Positions 1 to 10,099 of a stretch of 64,000 nt of DNA are shown piece after piece. The translations under genes were made by a program, and so were the position numbers. The first letter of the stretch is position 1. Each line of letters opens with the position of its first letter. The notes under the pieces were generated by a model. It saw only the letters and a program-made list of their open reading frames with translations. It searched no databases and was not told the origin of the DNA. The stretch is from sequence record LR756504.1; one strand, given 5' to 3'.

Positions 1-418
1 CTTTAGTAGTTTTAAATGATTCACATCCTAAACAATAAATACCCGAATACTCTTTTTCATAAATATCACCATTTTTTAAACACTTTTCCCAAGCTTTTAA
101 AACGCCTACCTTATGAATTTCACTAGTAGTTCTCCAAAATGTATCTGGTTTAATATGAAATTTATGTAAAAATTCTTGCCATATTTTAGTTAAATAATCA
201 CAATGTACCTGTGTATCAATACCTTTCTCTACGGATGTTGTATATACTTTAAGTCCATTTTCATCAACACCAGTATTGAATTGTACGTCCTTATATTTTA
301 ATTTCAAATATCTAGCAATAAAATCTCCCTGTATCATTTCCAAGGAATGTCCTATATGTGGAACTGAGTTCACATATGGAAGGGTGGTAGTTATATAAAT
401 TTTAATTTCTGCTTTCAT
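1..418 (-). CDS. metG: Methionyl-tRNA synthetase, N-terminal part (runs off the window's left edge)
   Basis: Hand translation from ATG at 418: MKAEIKIYITTTLPYVNSVPHIGH (HIGH motif) ... TGVDENGLK ... FWRTT ... GDIYEKEYSGIYCLGCE, the typical MetRS motif order. Not in the ORF track. Confidence 0.93.
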   Translation of the reverse strand, partial: MKAEIKIYITTTLPYVNSVPHIGHSLEMIQGDFIARYLKLKYKDVQFNTGVDENGLKVYTTSVEKGIDTQVHCDYLTKIWQEFLHKFHIKPDTFWRTTSEIHKVGVLKAWEKCLKNGDIYEKEYSGIYCLGCESFKTTK

Positions 419-557
419 TGAATTTTATAATAGAAATGTAAAGATAGTTATAATTTTTTAAAAATGCAAAAGGAGAAGATAAATTATGGATATATAATTC
501 TACAATTTTCTACTTTATGTATTTGAAAGGTAGGATATTAAAAAAGAAGTCTATAAT

Positions 558-1418
558 ATGAGTACTAAAACAGTTAAACTAAGTGTAAATTTACACGAAG
601 AATTAAAGAAAATAGCAGAAAAGGAAGGTTTTGTTCTTCAAGATTTGATTGAAGAAAAACTTAATGAGCTTTTAGAAGAAAAAGGCGCATATCACTTTCA
701 ACCAACTGATGTACAATTTTCTCCCGAAACTCAATTATTCAATTTATCATTATCACCATCTCAATACCAAACATTAATTGTGCTTTTAAAGAGATTATGT
801 TTAAATGAGAAAGTTAATAATATCACACAGATGAATATGATATTAGATTCGGTTAAGAAACTTGAATTAGTATATAAAAAACATGAAGCAATTATCACAG
901 AATCAGCGGATAATGATTTACTAAATAATGAAGGGTTCTACAGAACAATGTTACATGTTTTAAATAATCATGCGATGTTAGAAATGGAAACTAAAAATGA
1001 AGAGGCTTTTGATGAAATTAATGCTGATGATTTACTTAAATCTTTAGAAGCACATCATTTAACAAAAAATATGTTTGAAAAAAGAACAGAAGTTGAAACT
1101 GAAAAATTATTGCAAATTTTTGATAAGAACAATTATTTAGGTAAAATGGCAGAGGAATTTTGGAAAAAATTAATGGAAGAAGATATTAAGAACGGTAAAT
1201 GTTTTTCAATTAAATTAAACGCAAATGATATAGAAGTTAGTAAATTAGAAGGAATTGTAAACACTCTCAAAGAATATACAATGCTTGATAGAGAACTTTA
1301 TTTCCTATATTTAAAAGACGATGAAATGTACTTTACTGGTGATTTCTTCAAGCTCTTAAAAAGATATGCGTTAGATATTGATATTAATGTTGTGAAAATG
1401 AGTGTTAATATTTTATAA
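558..1418 (+). CDS. Hypothetical protein with N-terminal ribbon-helix-helix-like segment
   Basis: KTVKLSVNLHEELKKIAEKEGFVLQDLIEEKL fits the RHH strand-helix-helix pattern; remainder unrecognised. Confidence 0.5.
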   Translation: MSTKTVKLSVNLHEELKKIAEKEGFVLQDLIEEKLNELLEEKGAYHFQPTDVQFSPETQLFNLSLSPSQYQTLIVLLKRLCLNEKVNNITQMNMILDSVKKLELVYKKHEAIITESADNDLLNNEGFYRTMLHVLNNHAMLEMETKNEEAFDEINADDLLKSLEAHHLTKNMFEKRTEVETEKLLQIFDKNNYLGKMAEEFWKKLMEEDIKNGKCFSIKLNANDIEVSKLEGIVNTLKEYTMLDRELYFLYLKDDEMYFTGDFFKLLKRYALDIDINVVKMSVNIL

Positions 1419-1428
1419 AAAGAGGGCT

Positions 1429-1806
1429 TTAAAGCCTTCTTTTATTTTTTAGAAATTCTACTTTTATTGCTTCTGCTAATTTTATTTCGGATTTGCTAAA
1501 ATCTGATAAATTAAACATCAAATTTATAATATGGTTGATTTCTTCGCTTTCTATTTGAATAATTTCTTTTATTGACTTATAAGTATTTACTGATATACCA
1601 TCTTTATTAATATATTCATGAAAATATGCCTCTTTACATTTTCCACTATTTATTATTTCTATCGTGAGATAATATTTTTTACCGTTATAGTAAAAATCAA
1701 TATCTTTTAAAATTCTTTTAATGCTATCACCTTCTATATGATTTATTAAAATTGGACTATCTTCTATAGCATATCTAATAGCCTCCTTCAGTAAATAATC
1801 GCTCAT
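1429..1806 (-). CDS. Hypothetical protein
   Basis: 125-aa ORF, overlaps the stop of 1803..2036 (operon-like). Confidence 0.6.
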   Translation of the reverse strand: MSDYLLKEAIRYAIEDSPILINHIEGDSIKRILKDIDFYYNGKKYYLTIEIINSGKCKEAYFHEYINKDGISVNTYKSIKEIIQIESEEINHIINLMFNLSDFSKSEIKLAEAIKVEFLKNKRRL

Positions 1807-2036
1807 ATTTCTATAGTAAAATTAATCTTGGGTTTAAAATAAATCTTTTTTCGTAAATTGGTTTCAGGTAATTTAAATTCTCTAAATGTGTATCCTGTTC
1901 TTTTAAAGTAAAAGTTTATATTTCCTGATAAAGCTTCACTTTTGTAAATTTTGAATAAATATGATACCATTTCTCTATCTGCATTAGATATGAAAATTAT
2001 TTCGTTTTTATTTAAAATTACTTTATATACCACCAT
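1803..2036 (-). CDS. Hypothetical protein
   Basis: 77-aa ORF; TAGTTTTG (-7-like element) just upstream on the minus strand. Confidence 0.55.
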   Translation of the reverse strand: MVVYKVILNKNEIIFISNADREMVSYLFKIYKSEALSGNINFYFKRTGYTFREFKLPETNLRKKIYFKPKINFTIEI

Positions 2037-2075
2037 TTGATTACAAAACTAATAAAAAAATATCTCTTATCAAAA

Positions 2076-2084
2076 TTATATATA
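2076..2084 (+). promoter_or_regulatory. Putative phage late promoter T(A/T)ATATATA
   Basis: TTATATATA ~20 nt before the GTG start at 2104; recurrent motif. Confidence 0.45.
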
Positions 2085-2103
2085 GTAAAAATACAATAAA
2101 TTT

Positions 2104-2901
2104 GTGAAAATACAGAAATTTGAAGCATTTAAACCATCTGATATTAAATCCCAAGATGTATATTTAAAAAATTATATGAATGGTGAAAAACCAGAAAGAG
2201 TTGTTAAAGATATGGGATTAAATGATACGCAAATTACTGATTTAGATGAAATTAGGGAAGATATTAAAAAAATTTCTTGGAAAGATTTAAAAGTTAAAAA
2301 GAGTGGTTCTTCATTCAGTAATTTTACAATTTATTTTCAATTACCTGAACATATAGTTGATAAACTTAAAAAAATTGGTAATGATTTTTATAAAAATGAA
2401 GTTTTGAACAAAAAAATGCAAATTGGAGTTGAAGCTAGTAATCATAATAGAACACATATTGAAGCAATACCTAGTTTTATGAGAGGACTTGGATTAGGTT
2501 TTAAAATGTATAAAGCCGTGGTTAAAAGATTGGGTTATATAACAACATTTGGTGATGCTACACCATCGGCTAAAAAAATGTGGTCTAATCTTATTCAAGA
2601 TCCATCTTTTTATGTTTTATTAACAGATAATGGTGCATTATTAATTGATAAAAGATATGATAAATATCGCTCAGAAGAATTAATAATTAATTATATTAAG
2701 GATTACTATGGTATAAATATTTATGGTAAAATTGATAAAAATGTTAGGGATAAATTTCATATGGATAATAATCCAATAAAAGTTGATCCTGAAATGGCTA
2801 AAGCATTTAATAATCTTAAATTAAATAGATTAGATATTGACGTATTCAGAAGATATGATAAAATGAAAGATGGTGTAGATTATGAAAATTTTGATTCTTA
2901 A
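2104..2901 (+). CDS. GNAT-like acetyltransferase with capsid-targeting-like leader
   Basis: IPSFMRGLGLGFKMYK matches GNAT motif A (R-G-x-G-x-G), followed by TPSAKKMW; N-terminus MKIQKFEAF. Confidence 0.6.
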   Translation: MKIQKFEAFKPSDIKSQDVYLKNYMNGEKPERVVKDMGLNDTQITDLDEIREDIKKISWKDLKVKKSGSSFSNFTIYFQLPEHIVDKLKKIGNDFYKNEVLNKKMQIGVEASNHNRTHIEAIPSFMRGLGLGFKMYKAVVKRLGYITTFGDATPSAKKMWSNLIQDPSFYVLLTDNGALLIDKRYDKYRSEELIINYIKDYYGINIYGKIDKNVRDKFHMDNNPIKVDPEMAKAFNNLKLNRLDIDVFRRYDKMKDGVDYENFDS

Positions 2902-2933
2902 AAGAAAAAGGAGCATTTAGCTCCTTTTTCTTT
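2901..2933. terminator. Bidirectional intrinsic terminator
   Basis: AAAGAAAAAGGAGC-ATTTA-GCTCCTTTTTCTTT between convergent genes. Confidence 0.8.
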
Positions 2934-3423
2934 ACTCAGTTTTTTCTATAGTTTCAATAATTTCTGCTTCATTTAAAGCATCTATAAAATTTGGATCATC
3001 TAAGATTTGAATATTTGCTTCTGATGCCAAATCAGCTGCTTCTTTTTCAGCTTTCCATTTTAATCTACTTTGAATCTGTGGTAATAATTGGTTTACAAAT
3101 TCTTCTGTATATTCAGCGTAAGCATCAATAGATGTTTCTAAACCTGCTAAAATAGGATTTCCATCAGCTTTCCAAACTAACATGTCATTTTGAGTTTCTA
3201 TTACATCTGTATTTAATGTCCAAACACCCTCAACTTCTTTAACAAGTTCGTTGCGATTCATGTAAATAGTTTCTAACATAAATTCTTTTCTAGCATTTTC
3301 TTGCTGTTGAATATAATTATCCATAAACATTTTTTGCATTTTCTTTGTTCTGTTTTCAGAATCTTTCTTTCTTTGTTTAAATGCTGCTAATTTTTGTTTA
3401 TGATTTTTACGATGTGTTCCCAT
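2932..3423 (-). CDS. Hypothetical protein
   Basis: 163-aa ORF with a basic N-terminus and acidic C-terminus. Confidence 0.65.
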   Translation of the reverse strand: MGTHRKNHKQKLAAFKQRKKDSENRTKKMQKMFMDNYIQQQENARKEFMLETIYMNRNELVKEVEGVWTLNTDVIETQNDMLVWKADGNPILAGLETSIDAYAEYTEEFVNQLLPQIQSRLKWKAEKEAADLASEANIQILDDPNFIDALNEAEIIETIEKTE

Positions 3424-3482
3424 ATTTATTTCAGTTTTAATTTAATTATTCTATTATTATTTTATTAAAAGTTTTAAAATTG

Positions 3483-4586
3483 CTATTTTATTTCTCTAAA
3501 ATCGTGTCCTGATTCTAATTGAATTAAGAAATTATAAATTAATTCAATAACATTCTTAATATCGTCTTTATGTGCTGTTTCTACTGTAGTGTGCATATAT
3601 TTTAACGGTAAAGAAATTAAAGCAGATGCCACGCCTTCGTTGGAATAAGCAAAAGCATCTGTATCTGTTCCTGTATGATAATTTCCTATATCTCTTTGAA
3701 AAGATATTTTATTTTTATCTGAAACATTTATCAACATCTCTCTGAGATTTTTCTGTACAGCAGGAGCATATGTTATCACTGGTCCTTTACCACATGAAAA
3801 ATCTCCATCTCTAGCTTTATCATACATAGGAGATTGAGTGTCATGACACACATCAGTACAAATCGCAACATCAGGCTTTATCCTCCTTGCTATCATTTCA
3901 GCACCCCTCAAACCAATTTCTTCTTGGACTGCATTTACTACATATAGTCCAAACGGAAGTTCTATACCATTTTTACGAAGTTTTCTAAGAACTTCTGCAA
4001 TCATAAAACCACCTAATTTATTATCAAGTCCTCTACCAACAACAAATGTATCGTTAAGTGTTGTCATATGGTCATCGAAAGCTGCAACAGTGCCTATATG
4101 AATTCCTAATTTCTCAACATCTTCTTTTGAATTAGCACCAATATCAATGAAGAGGTTTTTTAGTTCTGTAGGTAATTCATTATCTTCTTTACGTGTGTGT
4201 ATTGCTGGCCAGCCTATTACACCTTTAACAATACCATTTTTAGTGAAAATATTAACTCTTTTCGCTGGGGCAGTTTGAACATCGGGATAACCAATCATTT
4301 TAACACTGATATATCCATGTTCATTAACACCACTAACAACCCACGCTATTTCATCCGCATGTGCCTCTATAACCACTTTAAATTTAGCATCGGGGTTAAC
4401 TATTGCTACAGCAGTTCCGTAAACGTCTGTGATGATTTTATCAGCATATGGGCGTACATAATCGAGCCATATTTGCTGTCCAGGTGCTTCATGACCTGAT
4501 GGTGAATAATTGTTGAGATATGATTCCAAAAAATTATAACTTTCTTTTCTGAATCCAAGTGGTTTTTTGTCTTTGTCTTTCTTCAT
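3483..4586 (-). CDS. M42 family metallo-aminopeptidase
   Basis: SPSGHE, AHADEI, RGLDNKLG, QEEIGLRGA, DVCHD, GTDTDAF and LPLKYMHTTVE: full M42 ligand set. Confidence 0.92.
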   Translation of the reverse strand: MKKDKDKKPLGFRKESYNFLESYLNNYSPSGHEAPGQQIWLDYVRPYADKIITDVYGTAVAIVNPDAKFKVVIEAHADEIAWVVSGVNEHGYISVKMIGYPDVQTAPAKRVNIFTKNGIVKGVIGWPAIHTRKEDNELPTELKNLFIDIGANSKEDVEKLGIHIGTVAAFDDHMTTLNDTFVVGRGLDNKLGGFMIAEVLRKLRKNGIELPFGLYVVNAVQEEIGLRGAEMIARRIKPDVAICTDVCHDTQSPMYDKARDGDFSCGKGPVITYAPAVQKNLREMLINVSDKNKISFQRDIGNYHTGTDTDAFAYSNEGVASALISLPLKYMHTTVETAHKDDIKNVIELIYNFLIQLESGHDFREIK

Positions 4587-4732
4587 TTTTAATTTAATTT
4601 ATACAAGATCATGATATATAGCTTATATAATATATTATTATAAAGGTTTTAAATATAAAGAAATATTAAATGGAAATAATTTTATATTCTTTTATAATAA
4701 AATTGATTAAATAAATTGATGATAATATATTA

Positions 4733-5116
4733 TTAAATAGATAATTCAATATTAGATTCTCTAATAAAAGTAAATACTCTATTTAATTGGATTTGTAATG
4801 AATTATAATCTAATCCGTTTTGTGTAAAATGTTTTTCTTGATTACTTGAAATATTTCCATTTGAAATTTTATTTAATTCAAATTCTATTGACCAAGATAC
4901 ACCTTTTTTTATTTCTAATGAAATATCTATATTATAACCATTAAAATTATCTTGATTTAGAGAATATAACCATATAATATTGCGGTTAATGTCACCAGCT
5001 TCTAATTTGAATAGTTTTAATTCTGGGAATTTCTTTATCCATTTATCGTGGTAATTTTTAAGAAATTCTTCGTTTCTTGCGTTTTCGTATAGATAATCAT
5101 TGAATTTTTCAATCAT
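4733..5116 (-). CDS. Hypothetical protein with capsid-targeting-like leader
   Basis: N-terminus MIEKFNDYLYEN; divergent from the 5128-5155 palindrome. Confidence 0.65.
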   Translation of the reverse strand: MIEKFNDYLYENARNEEFLKNYHDKWIKKFPELKLFKLEAGDINRNIIWLYSLNQDNFNGYNIDISLEIKKGVSWSIEFELNKISNGNISSNQEKHFTQNGLDYNSLQIQLNRVFTFIRESNIELSI

Positions 5117-5127
5117 AAAACCGAATT

Positions 5128-5155
5128 AGGATTTTTAATATATATTAAAAATCCT
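5128..5155. promoter_or_regulatory. Perfect 28-bp palindrome containing back-to-back TAATATATA motifs (bidirectional late promoter candidate)
   Basis: AGGATTTTTAATAT|ATATTAAAAATCCT, between two divergent leader-bearing genes. Confidence 0.6.
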
Positions 5156-5165
5156 GTATTAAATA

Positions 5166-5951
5166 ATGAAATCTAAAGTTTTAAAATTAAACGAATTTGT
5201 TTTAAAATTGAATGAATTTAATCAAGAAAAGGATATTGATATACCCATGAAGAGTTTTAAAACTCAAAAAGAATTGAATCCTGCTGTATGGATTGATGAA
5301 AATACTATTGATCCAGAAATAAGAAAAGATTTATTAGAAATTGCTAATGATTTATATAATGATTTGGAATTAGATTTTCAACCTTCTGATATTATTCTTA
5401 CTGGAAGTAATTCTAATTATAACTGGTCTGAGTATAGTGACTTCGATCTTCACATATTATTAGATTTTAAAAAAGTAGATTCAAATATAGAATTAGTAAA
5501 AAAATATTTTGATAGTGTAAAGGGTATGTGGAATGTAAGACATAATATTAAAATACATGAATATGATGTTGAAATATATTTACAAGATATTAATGAACCA
5601 CATGTTTCATCTGGTATATTCTCTTTAATGAATAATAAGTGGATTGTAGAACCACATCCATTTGATCATCAAATTGATAAAGATGTAGTAAATAAAAAAT
5701 CAAAAGATATAATGAGTCAAGTTGATTACATAGAAGATAATTTACATGATATGACTTATAATGAGTCTGAAGCATTATTAAAAAAAGTATGGGAAAAAAT
5801 TAAAAAATATAGAGCAGAGGGATTAGTATCACATGATGCTGAACTATCTACAGGAAATATTATATTTAAACTTCTTAGAAGAAATGGGTATATTGAAAAA
5901 ATTGTAGATTTAAAATTACAAGCATACGATAAACAACACTCGATAAAATAA
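5166..5951 (+). CDS. Pol-beta-superfamily nucleotidyltransferase with leader
   Basis: IILTGSNSNYNWSEYSDFDLH (GS...DxD) and DVEIYLQD (third acidic residue); N-terminus KLNEFVLKLNEF. Confidence 0.8.
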   Translation: MKSKVLKLNEFVLKLNEFNQEKDIDIPMKSFKTQKELNPAVWIDENTIDPEIRKDLLEIANDLYNDLELDFQPSDIILTGSNSNYNWSEYSDFDLHILLDFKKVDSNIELVKKYFDSVKGMWNVRHNIKIHEYDVEIYLQDINEPHVSSGIFSLMNNKWIVEPHPFDHQIDKDVVNKKSKDIMSQVDYIEDNLHDMTYNESEALLKKVWEKIKKYRAEGLVSHDAELSTGNIIFKLLRRNGYIEKIVDLKLQAYDKQHSIK

Positions 5952-5983
5952 GAAAAAACTCCTATAAATTAGGAGTTTTTTCT
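5951..5983. terminator. Bidirectional intrinsic terminator
   Basis: AGAAAAAACTCCT-ATAAATT-AGGAGTTTTTTCT between convergent genes. Confidence 0.8.
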
Positions 5984-8046
5984 TTTATGAAATAAAATTT
6001 ATTACTGTTTATCATTTCATATTCAGACATGTTATTAAGGATATTTAGAATTTTATTATGATCAAAACGATCAGGTAAATTTTTAATATCTAAGTATAAC
6101 ATTTCTAATTGACTTTCTTTATCAAATTTTTTAATATCTTCGTGTGTTATATATTGAATAACTTCATTTTTGATATATTTTAGCTTATTTTCATTTGAAA
6201 GTAAGCTAAAAAATTTATAATAATCAGTATCTACATAAATATCAAGTGTTCTCACTTCTGTTTGATACATATAATATCCATAGCCTTGTCTAGTTTTAGG
6301 TTTACCGCTATTATTTAAATTGTGCCCACCTTTATTTTCTTTGAATGCTATCCCAATTTTAGGCTCATTATTTATAAATTCTTTTATAATGCCTTGAACA
6401 TTATAAAATACTGAGCCTCTGTTTATACATACTACTTTATCACCTATTTTAAAATTATTGATACTTTTAAATATATTTAAAATACTTATAGTATCATTGC
6501 TGAATAAATTGGCAATCTGCTCAATAATTTCATTATCTGATTTATTAAAATTAATATCATGTTTAATTACTTCAACATCTTTTGATGGTATTGAATAATG
6601 GCTTCTACTTGTTCTTATACGATAATCATTGGCTCTTTCGTATTCATATGTGAATATTTGATCTATAAGAGTATTCATTTGTTCAGGCCAACCATTTCGT
6701 TCTACACTTTCACGTAAAGAAGGAAGAATTTTAATTTTGTTTAAAGATAAATTCTTTAGATTTTTTAAATAATTAATATTTTTTTGTAGGAATGTTTTAA
6801 TATAATTATGTTTATCTTCGGGTTCTAAATAATCAATGATATTATCATTTAAAGATGATATATTATGAATATTTTTTATAATTATATCTCTTGAGTTTTC
6901 ATTCGCTACTACCAAAGGTATATTTATGTGTTCGATGTATTCATTTATATTATCGATGCTTATGAATCTACTTTTGTTTTCTACAAATTTATCGGAAACA
7001 AATTTTCTTATAGTGTAATGATTTTCAACTTTATATTCATTATTATTACACTCCATTTGTTTAGCGCTAATAATAGTTACAGGTGATTTAAAATGTTGAT
7101 ATAAAGCGGTTGAAGAATCTTTAATACTTAGATATGAATTGTTTGTATTGTGATTACCACTAGTTTGTGTCCAATATTGTTTATAATTTTGATCATCACC
7201 ATTACTAGATAAATATTCTATTATATCACCATTAACAACATCTTCTTTTACAAATTTCATAGTATCCATGTATGGCTTTGATACCGAATCCCATTCTACA
7301 TTTTTTGGTAAGTGTGTTCTTAGTTCAAAATCACTAATATCTTTTATACCATTTGTTATTATATGACAAGAATTACTTTGTTTATTTTTAAACCACCATC
7401 CATTTTTAATAGCATAGTCTTTAAATATTGCTTCAGCAGAATATTTATATGTGTAAATTCTATCTAAAAAGAATATTTTTTCACCATCTAAAGTAATATT
7501 TTCCCATAGAATAGCTCTACCTTGTAATTTTTTATCAGCACTCAATAAACATAATAGAGATACATTAGGATGTTTTTCGTATATTGAAAAATAATCTTTA
7601 CATTCTTTATGTCTCATACAAGAATTGTATAGAGATGCATTAGCTTCACCAGATTTATCATATTTAGATTCGTTATACCATTTTGGTATATTTTTACCTT
7701 TGAATATTTCAAAATGTGAATCTTGTTGAAATATTTTATATTTATTTACAAAGTCTTCTATTTCTTTGTCATGAAAAGTCATATTCTTTTTTTGTGATAA
7801 TGCAATGATTAATCTACCAATTTTCATTGTTTCTCTTCTTGAAGAATCGAATTCTTTGCCATCACCTTCCCATCTATTTTTTAAAAAACTTATTTTACCT
7901 TCGTCTTTTATAAAGTCAAAATAAGAAAAGTCAACATCTAATTGTTCTTTCTCTTCCGCACATTTAAGAATAAATTCAGCAATTGGATGATCGATTGATT
8001 GTAATTTATTCATTAAAGATTGACCTAAAATAATACATTTTTGCAT
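5962..8046 (-). CDS. SCM/GRAIVW/DRIY family paralogue 1 (uncharacterised), with C-terminal SH3-like segment
   Basis: SLYNSCMRH, GRAILW, FLDRIY, GWWFK, KPYMDTMKF shared with five other ORFs; FKIGDKVVC...IGIAF segment near the C-terminus. Confidence 0.85.
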   Translation of the reverse strand: MQKCIILGQSLMNKLQSIDHPIAEFILKCAEEKEQLDVDFSYFDFIKDEGKISFLKNRWEGDGKEFDSSRRETMKIGRLIIALSQKKNMTFHDKEIEDFVNKYKIFQQDSHFEIFKGKNIPKWYNESKYDKSGEANASLYNSCMRHKECKDYFSIYEKHPNVSLLCLLSADKKLQGRAILWENITLDGEKIFFLDRIYTYKYSAEAIFKDYAIKNGWWFKNKQSNSCHIITNGIKDISDFELRTHLPKNVEWDSVSKPYMDTMKFVKEDVVNGDIIEYLSSNGDDQNYKQYWTQTSGNHNTNNSYLSIKDSSTALYQHFKSPVTIISAKQMECNNNEYKVENHYTIRKFVSDKFVENKSRFISIDNINEYIEHINIPLVVANENSRDIIIKNIHNISSLNDNIIDYLEPEDKHNYIKTFLQKNINYLKNLKNLSLNKIKILPSLRESVERNGWPEQMNTLIDQIFTYEYERANDYRIRTSRSHYSIPSKDVEVIKHDINFNKSDNEIIEQIANLFSNDTISILNIFKSINNFKIGDKVVCINRGSVFYNVQGIIKEFINNEPKIGIAFKENKGGHNLNNSGKPKTRQGYGYYMYQTEVRTLDIYVDTDYYKFFSLLSNENKLKYIKNEVIQYITHEDIKKFDKESQLEMLYLDIKNLPDRFDHNKILNILNNMSEYEMINSNKFYFIKEKTPNL

Positions 8047-8156
8047 TTCAAAACTTTTAAAATATGAATGAATTCAATTGATAAAGAAAAAGAAGGCTGA
8101 AAAAATCCAACCTTCTTTTCTAAAAATTTTAATATTTAAACTGATAAAAATACAGA

Positions 8157-8465
8157 TTAAATTAAGTTAAGAAGATTAAGCTTATTAGCTGTTCCTCTTC
8201 CGTAGAATTCAACAGCAAGTTTGTTGTAAACTTCAGCAGCTGCTAATTTTGTTGGGTGTACTGAACCGTATTCAATGCCTTCAAACATTAATCTTGCACG
8301 GAACATGATTTTACCAGATGGATATTGGATTTTGTGAACACCTTTGAATCCAGTTGTTTTGTTCACTTTACCTGTATTAACTGGTTTTCCGATTTTAGAA
8401 AGACCTTCAGGATTAGGGTTTGTGTTTTTTGCTTTCTTTGAAGCAGTTGTTTTTGAATTTTTCAT
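8157..8465 (-). CDS. Stand-alone AP2 DNA-binding domain protein
   Basis: FKGVH...GKIMFRARL...KLAAAEVYNKLAVEFYG matches the AP2 pattern; basic N-terminal tail; no nuclease domain. Confidence 0.75.
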   Translation of the reverse strand: MKNSKTTASKKAKNTNPNPEGLSKIGKPVNTGKVNKTTGFKGVHKIQYPSGKIMFRARLMFEGIEYGSVHPTKLAAAEVYNKLAVEFYGRGTANKLNLLNLI

Positions 8466-8587
8466 TTTTTTGATTTTTGGTTAAATTTGATTTGTTTTAA
8501 AATACAAGCATTATAGCTTTGAAGTTTTTAAAAGTTTTAAATTTTAGAAAATATTTATTAAAATATAGTAAAAATGGCTAAAATACT

Positions 8588-9463
8588 TTATTTTATTAAA
8601 ATTTTATTTAAATCATTATCATTAAAGTAGTTTAAATCCCAATATGTAGGATGTCCTTTTATTTTACCTCTATCGGTATATTGCCAAAAAGTCCATTTTT
8701 TCCATCCGTCTGGTAAACATGGTTCTTCTGTAATATCTTTATAATTAGCTACCCATAAATAGTATTTACTACAATCACCTTTAAAATACTTATATACATA
8801 TCTGTTCCAAAAATTACAGTTTGTATAAATTATTGGTCTCACACCTGTTTCATTTTCTATGTAATCCAACATTAATTTCAAATTTTTTGCAGCAGTATAA
8901 CGATTCACTTTTCTCCAAAGTCTAATGTATTCCACATCTATAACAGGTGGTAGATCACCTTTATTAATAGTTACTATAGATAAAAAGTATTTCGCTTGAG
9001 TTATACCATTAATACAAGGATTGAAGAAATGATATGCACTTTTTATTAAATGACAATTTTTCCAATTAGTATTAAAATTAGGATCAGTTGTTAATCCTTG
9101 TGTAGCTTTTATAAATACAAATTTATATTCTTCTGGTATTAATTTCCAATTAATATAACCTTGCCATTTAGATATATCTAGTCCAAGTACATCATGCTTT
9201 AGTTGATTGTAAAATGTTGTATCATAAGCATATGATATAAAAGTACTATCTTCCGATACAATAGATTTCTCATAATAGTAATATTTTTCTATTCTATTGT
9301 AGCAAATGATACTATCATATTCAAACCCACTATCATTGTGTAAAGTGTCACATATAGTGAGAGTATCAATATGTTCTCTTATTATTTGTGCTTCCACTTT
9401 AACTTGGAAAAATACAAATAATAGCAGAAATAATATAAAATTCTTCATAATGATATATATCAT
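8588..9463 (-). CDS. GH25 muramidase (endolysin) with signal peptide; likely start at 9448
   Basis: GLDISKWQG, FIKATQG, AYHF, PPVIDVE, PIIYT, WTFWQYT, DLN; hydrophobic MKNFILFLLLFVFFQVKVEA N-terminus. Confidence 0.9.
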   Translation of the reverse strand: MIYIIMKNFILFLLLFVFFQVKVEAQIIREHIDTLTICDTLHNDSGFEYDSIICYNRIEKYYYYEKSIVSEDSTFISYAYDTTFYNQLKHDVLGLDISKWQGYINWKLIPEEYKFVFIKATQGLTTDPNFNTNWKNCHLIKSAYHFFNPCINGITQAKYFLSIVTINKGDLPPVIDVEYIRLWRKVNRYTAAKNLKLMLDYIENETGVRPIIYTNCNFWNRYVYKYFKGDCSKYYLWVANYKDITEEPCLPDGWKKWTFWQYTDRGKIKGHPTYWDLNYFNDNDLNKILIK

Positions 9464-9491
9464 TTTGTTATATCAAAGTTTTAAAAATCGG

Positions 9492-10085
9492 TTATTTCTT
9501 TGAAAAATCAGAGAATGATTTAATACCATTTGTTTTCTTGAAGTCAACTTCATTATTAGGTTTTACAGTAAAATCCGATGATTTTTTGGCTTTCATTGCT
9601 TTTAAAGCATTAAGAGCTTTACTTTTTCGTCTATTTCTTGGTAAGTTAGCATCTCTTTTTCTTATATTCTTATTATTAGCTATTGAATTAGACCAATTTG
9701 AACCTATATCACCCGACCCAACGACACCACCACTTCCAAAAGAATCACCTGCCGATGGCGTAGAAAAACCACCCGTTGACGTAGTTTGGCCTGGGATAGA
9801 GCTTGGTTGAGAACCCATAACTGGTCCCATGCCAGCTAATGATCCCATATTAACAGTACCAACACCAACATCTTCGGATATTTCTTCTTCGAATTCAGAA
9901 ATACTCATAGCATAAAGAACATACTGTTTAATGTATTCTTTATCCGAATACGAATCTTTATAATTTTTACTGTCTTCGAAGGATTCTAAATCTGAATCAG
10001 ATACAGGAATATGATAAAGATGAATTAATCTTTCTTTAATATATTGGTAATCTCTATGGCTATTGAATTCTTTGATATATTTCAT
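9492..10085 (-). CDS. Hypothetical protein with leader and Gly/Ser-rich low-complexity middle
   Basis: MKYIKEFNSH start; GSLAGMGPVMGSQPSS...GGVVGSGD; basic C-terminus. Confidence 0.7.
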   Translation of the reverse strand: MKYIKEFNSHRDYQYIKERLIHLYHIPVSDSDLESFEDSKNYKDSYSDKEYIKQYVLYAMSISEFEEEISEDVGVGTVNMGSLAGMGPVMGSQPSSIPGQTTSTGGFSTPSAGDSFGSGGVVGSGDIGSNWSNSIANNKNIRKRDANLPRNRRKSKALNALKAMKAKKSSDFTVKPNNEVDFKKTNGIKSFSDFSKK

Positions 10086-10090
10086 ACTTC

Positions 10091-10099
10091 TATATATTA
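10091..10099 (-). promoter_or_regulatory. Putative late promoter TAATATATA
   Basis: Exact motif just upstream of the minus-strand ATG at 10085. Confidence 0.5.

Noticed and set aside
5177-5220. KLNEFVLKLNEF tandem duplication as a separate repeat element
   Set aside because: A short in-frame duplication of the leader motif, already covered by the capsid-targeting finding.
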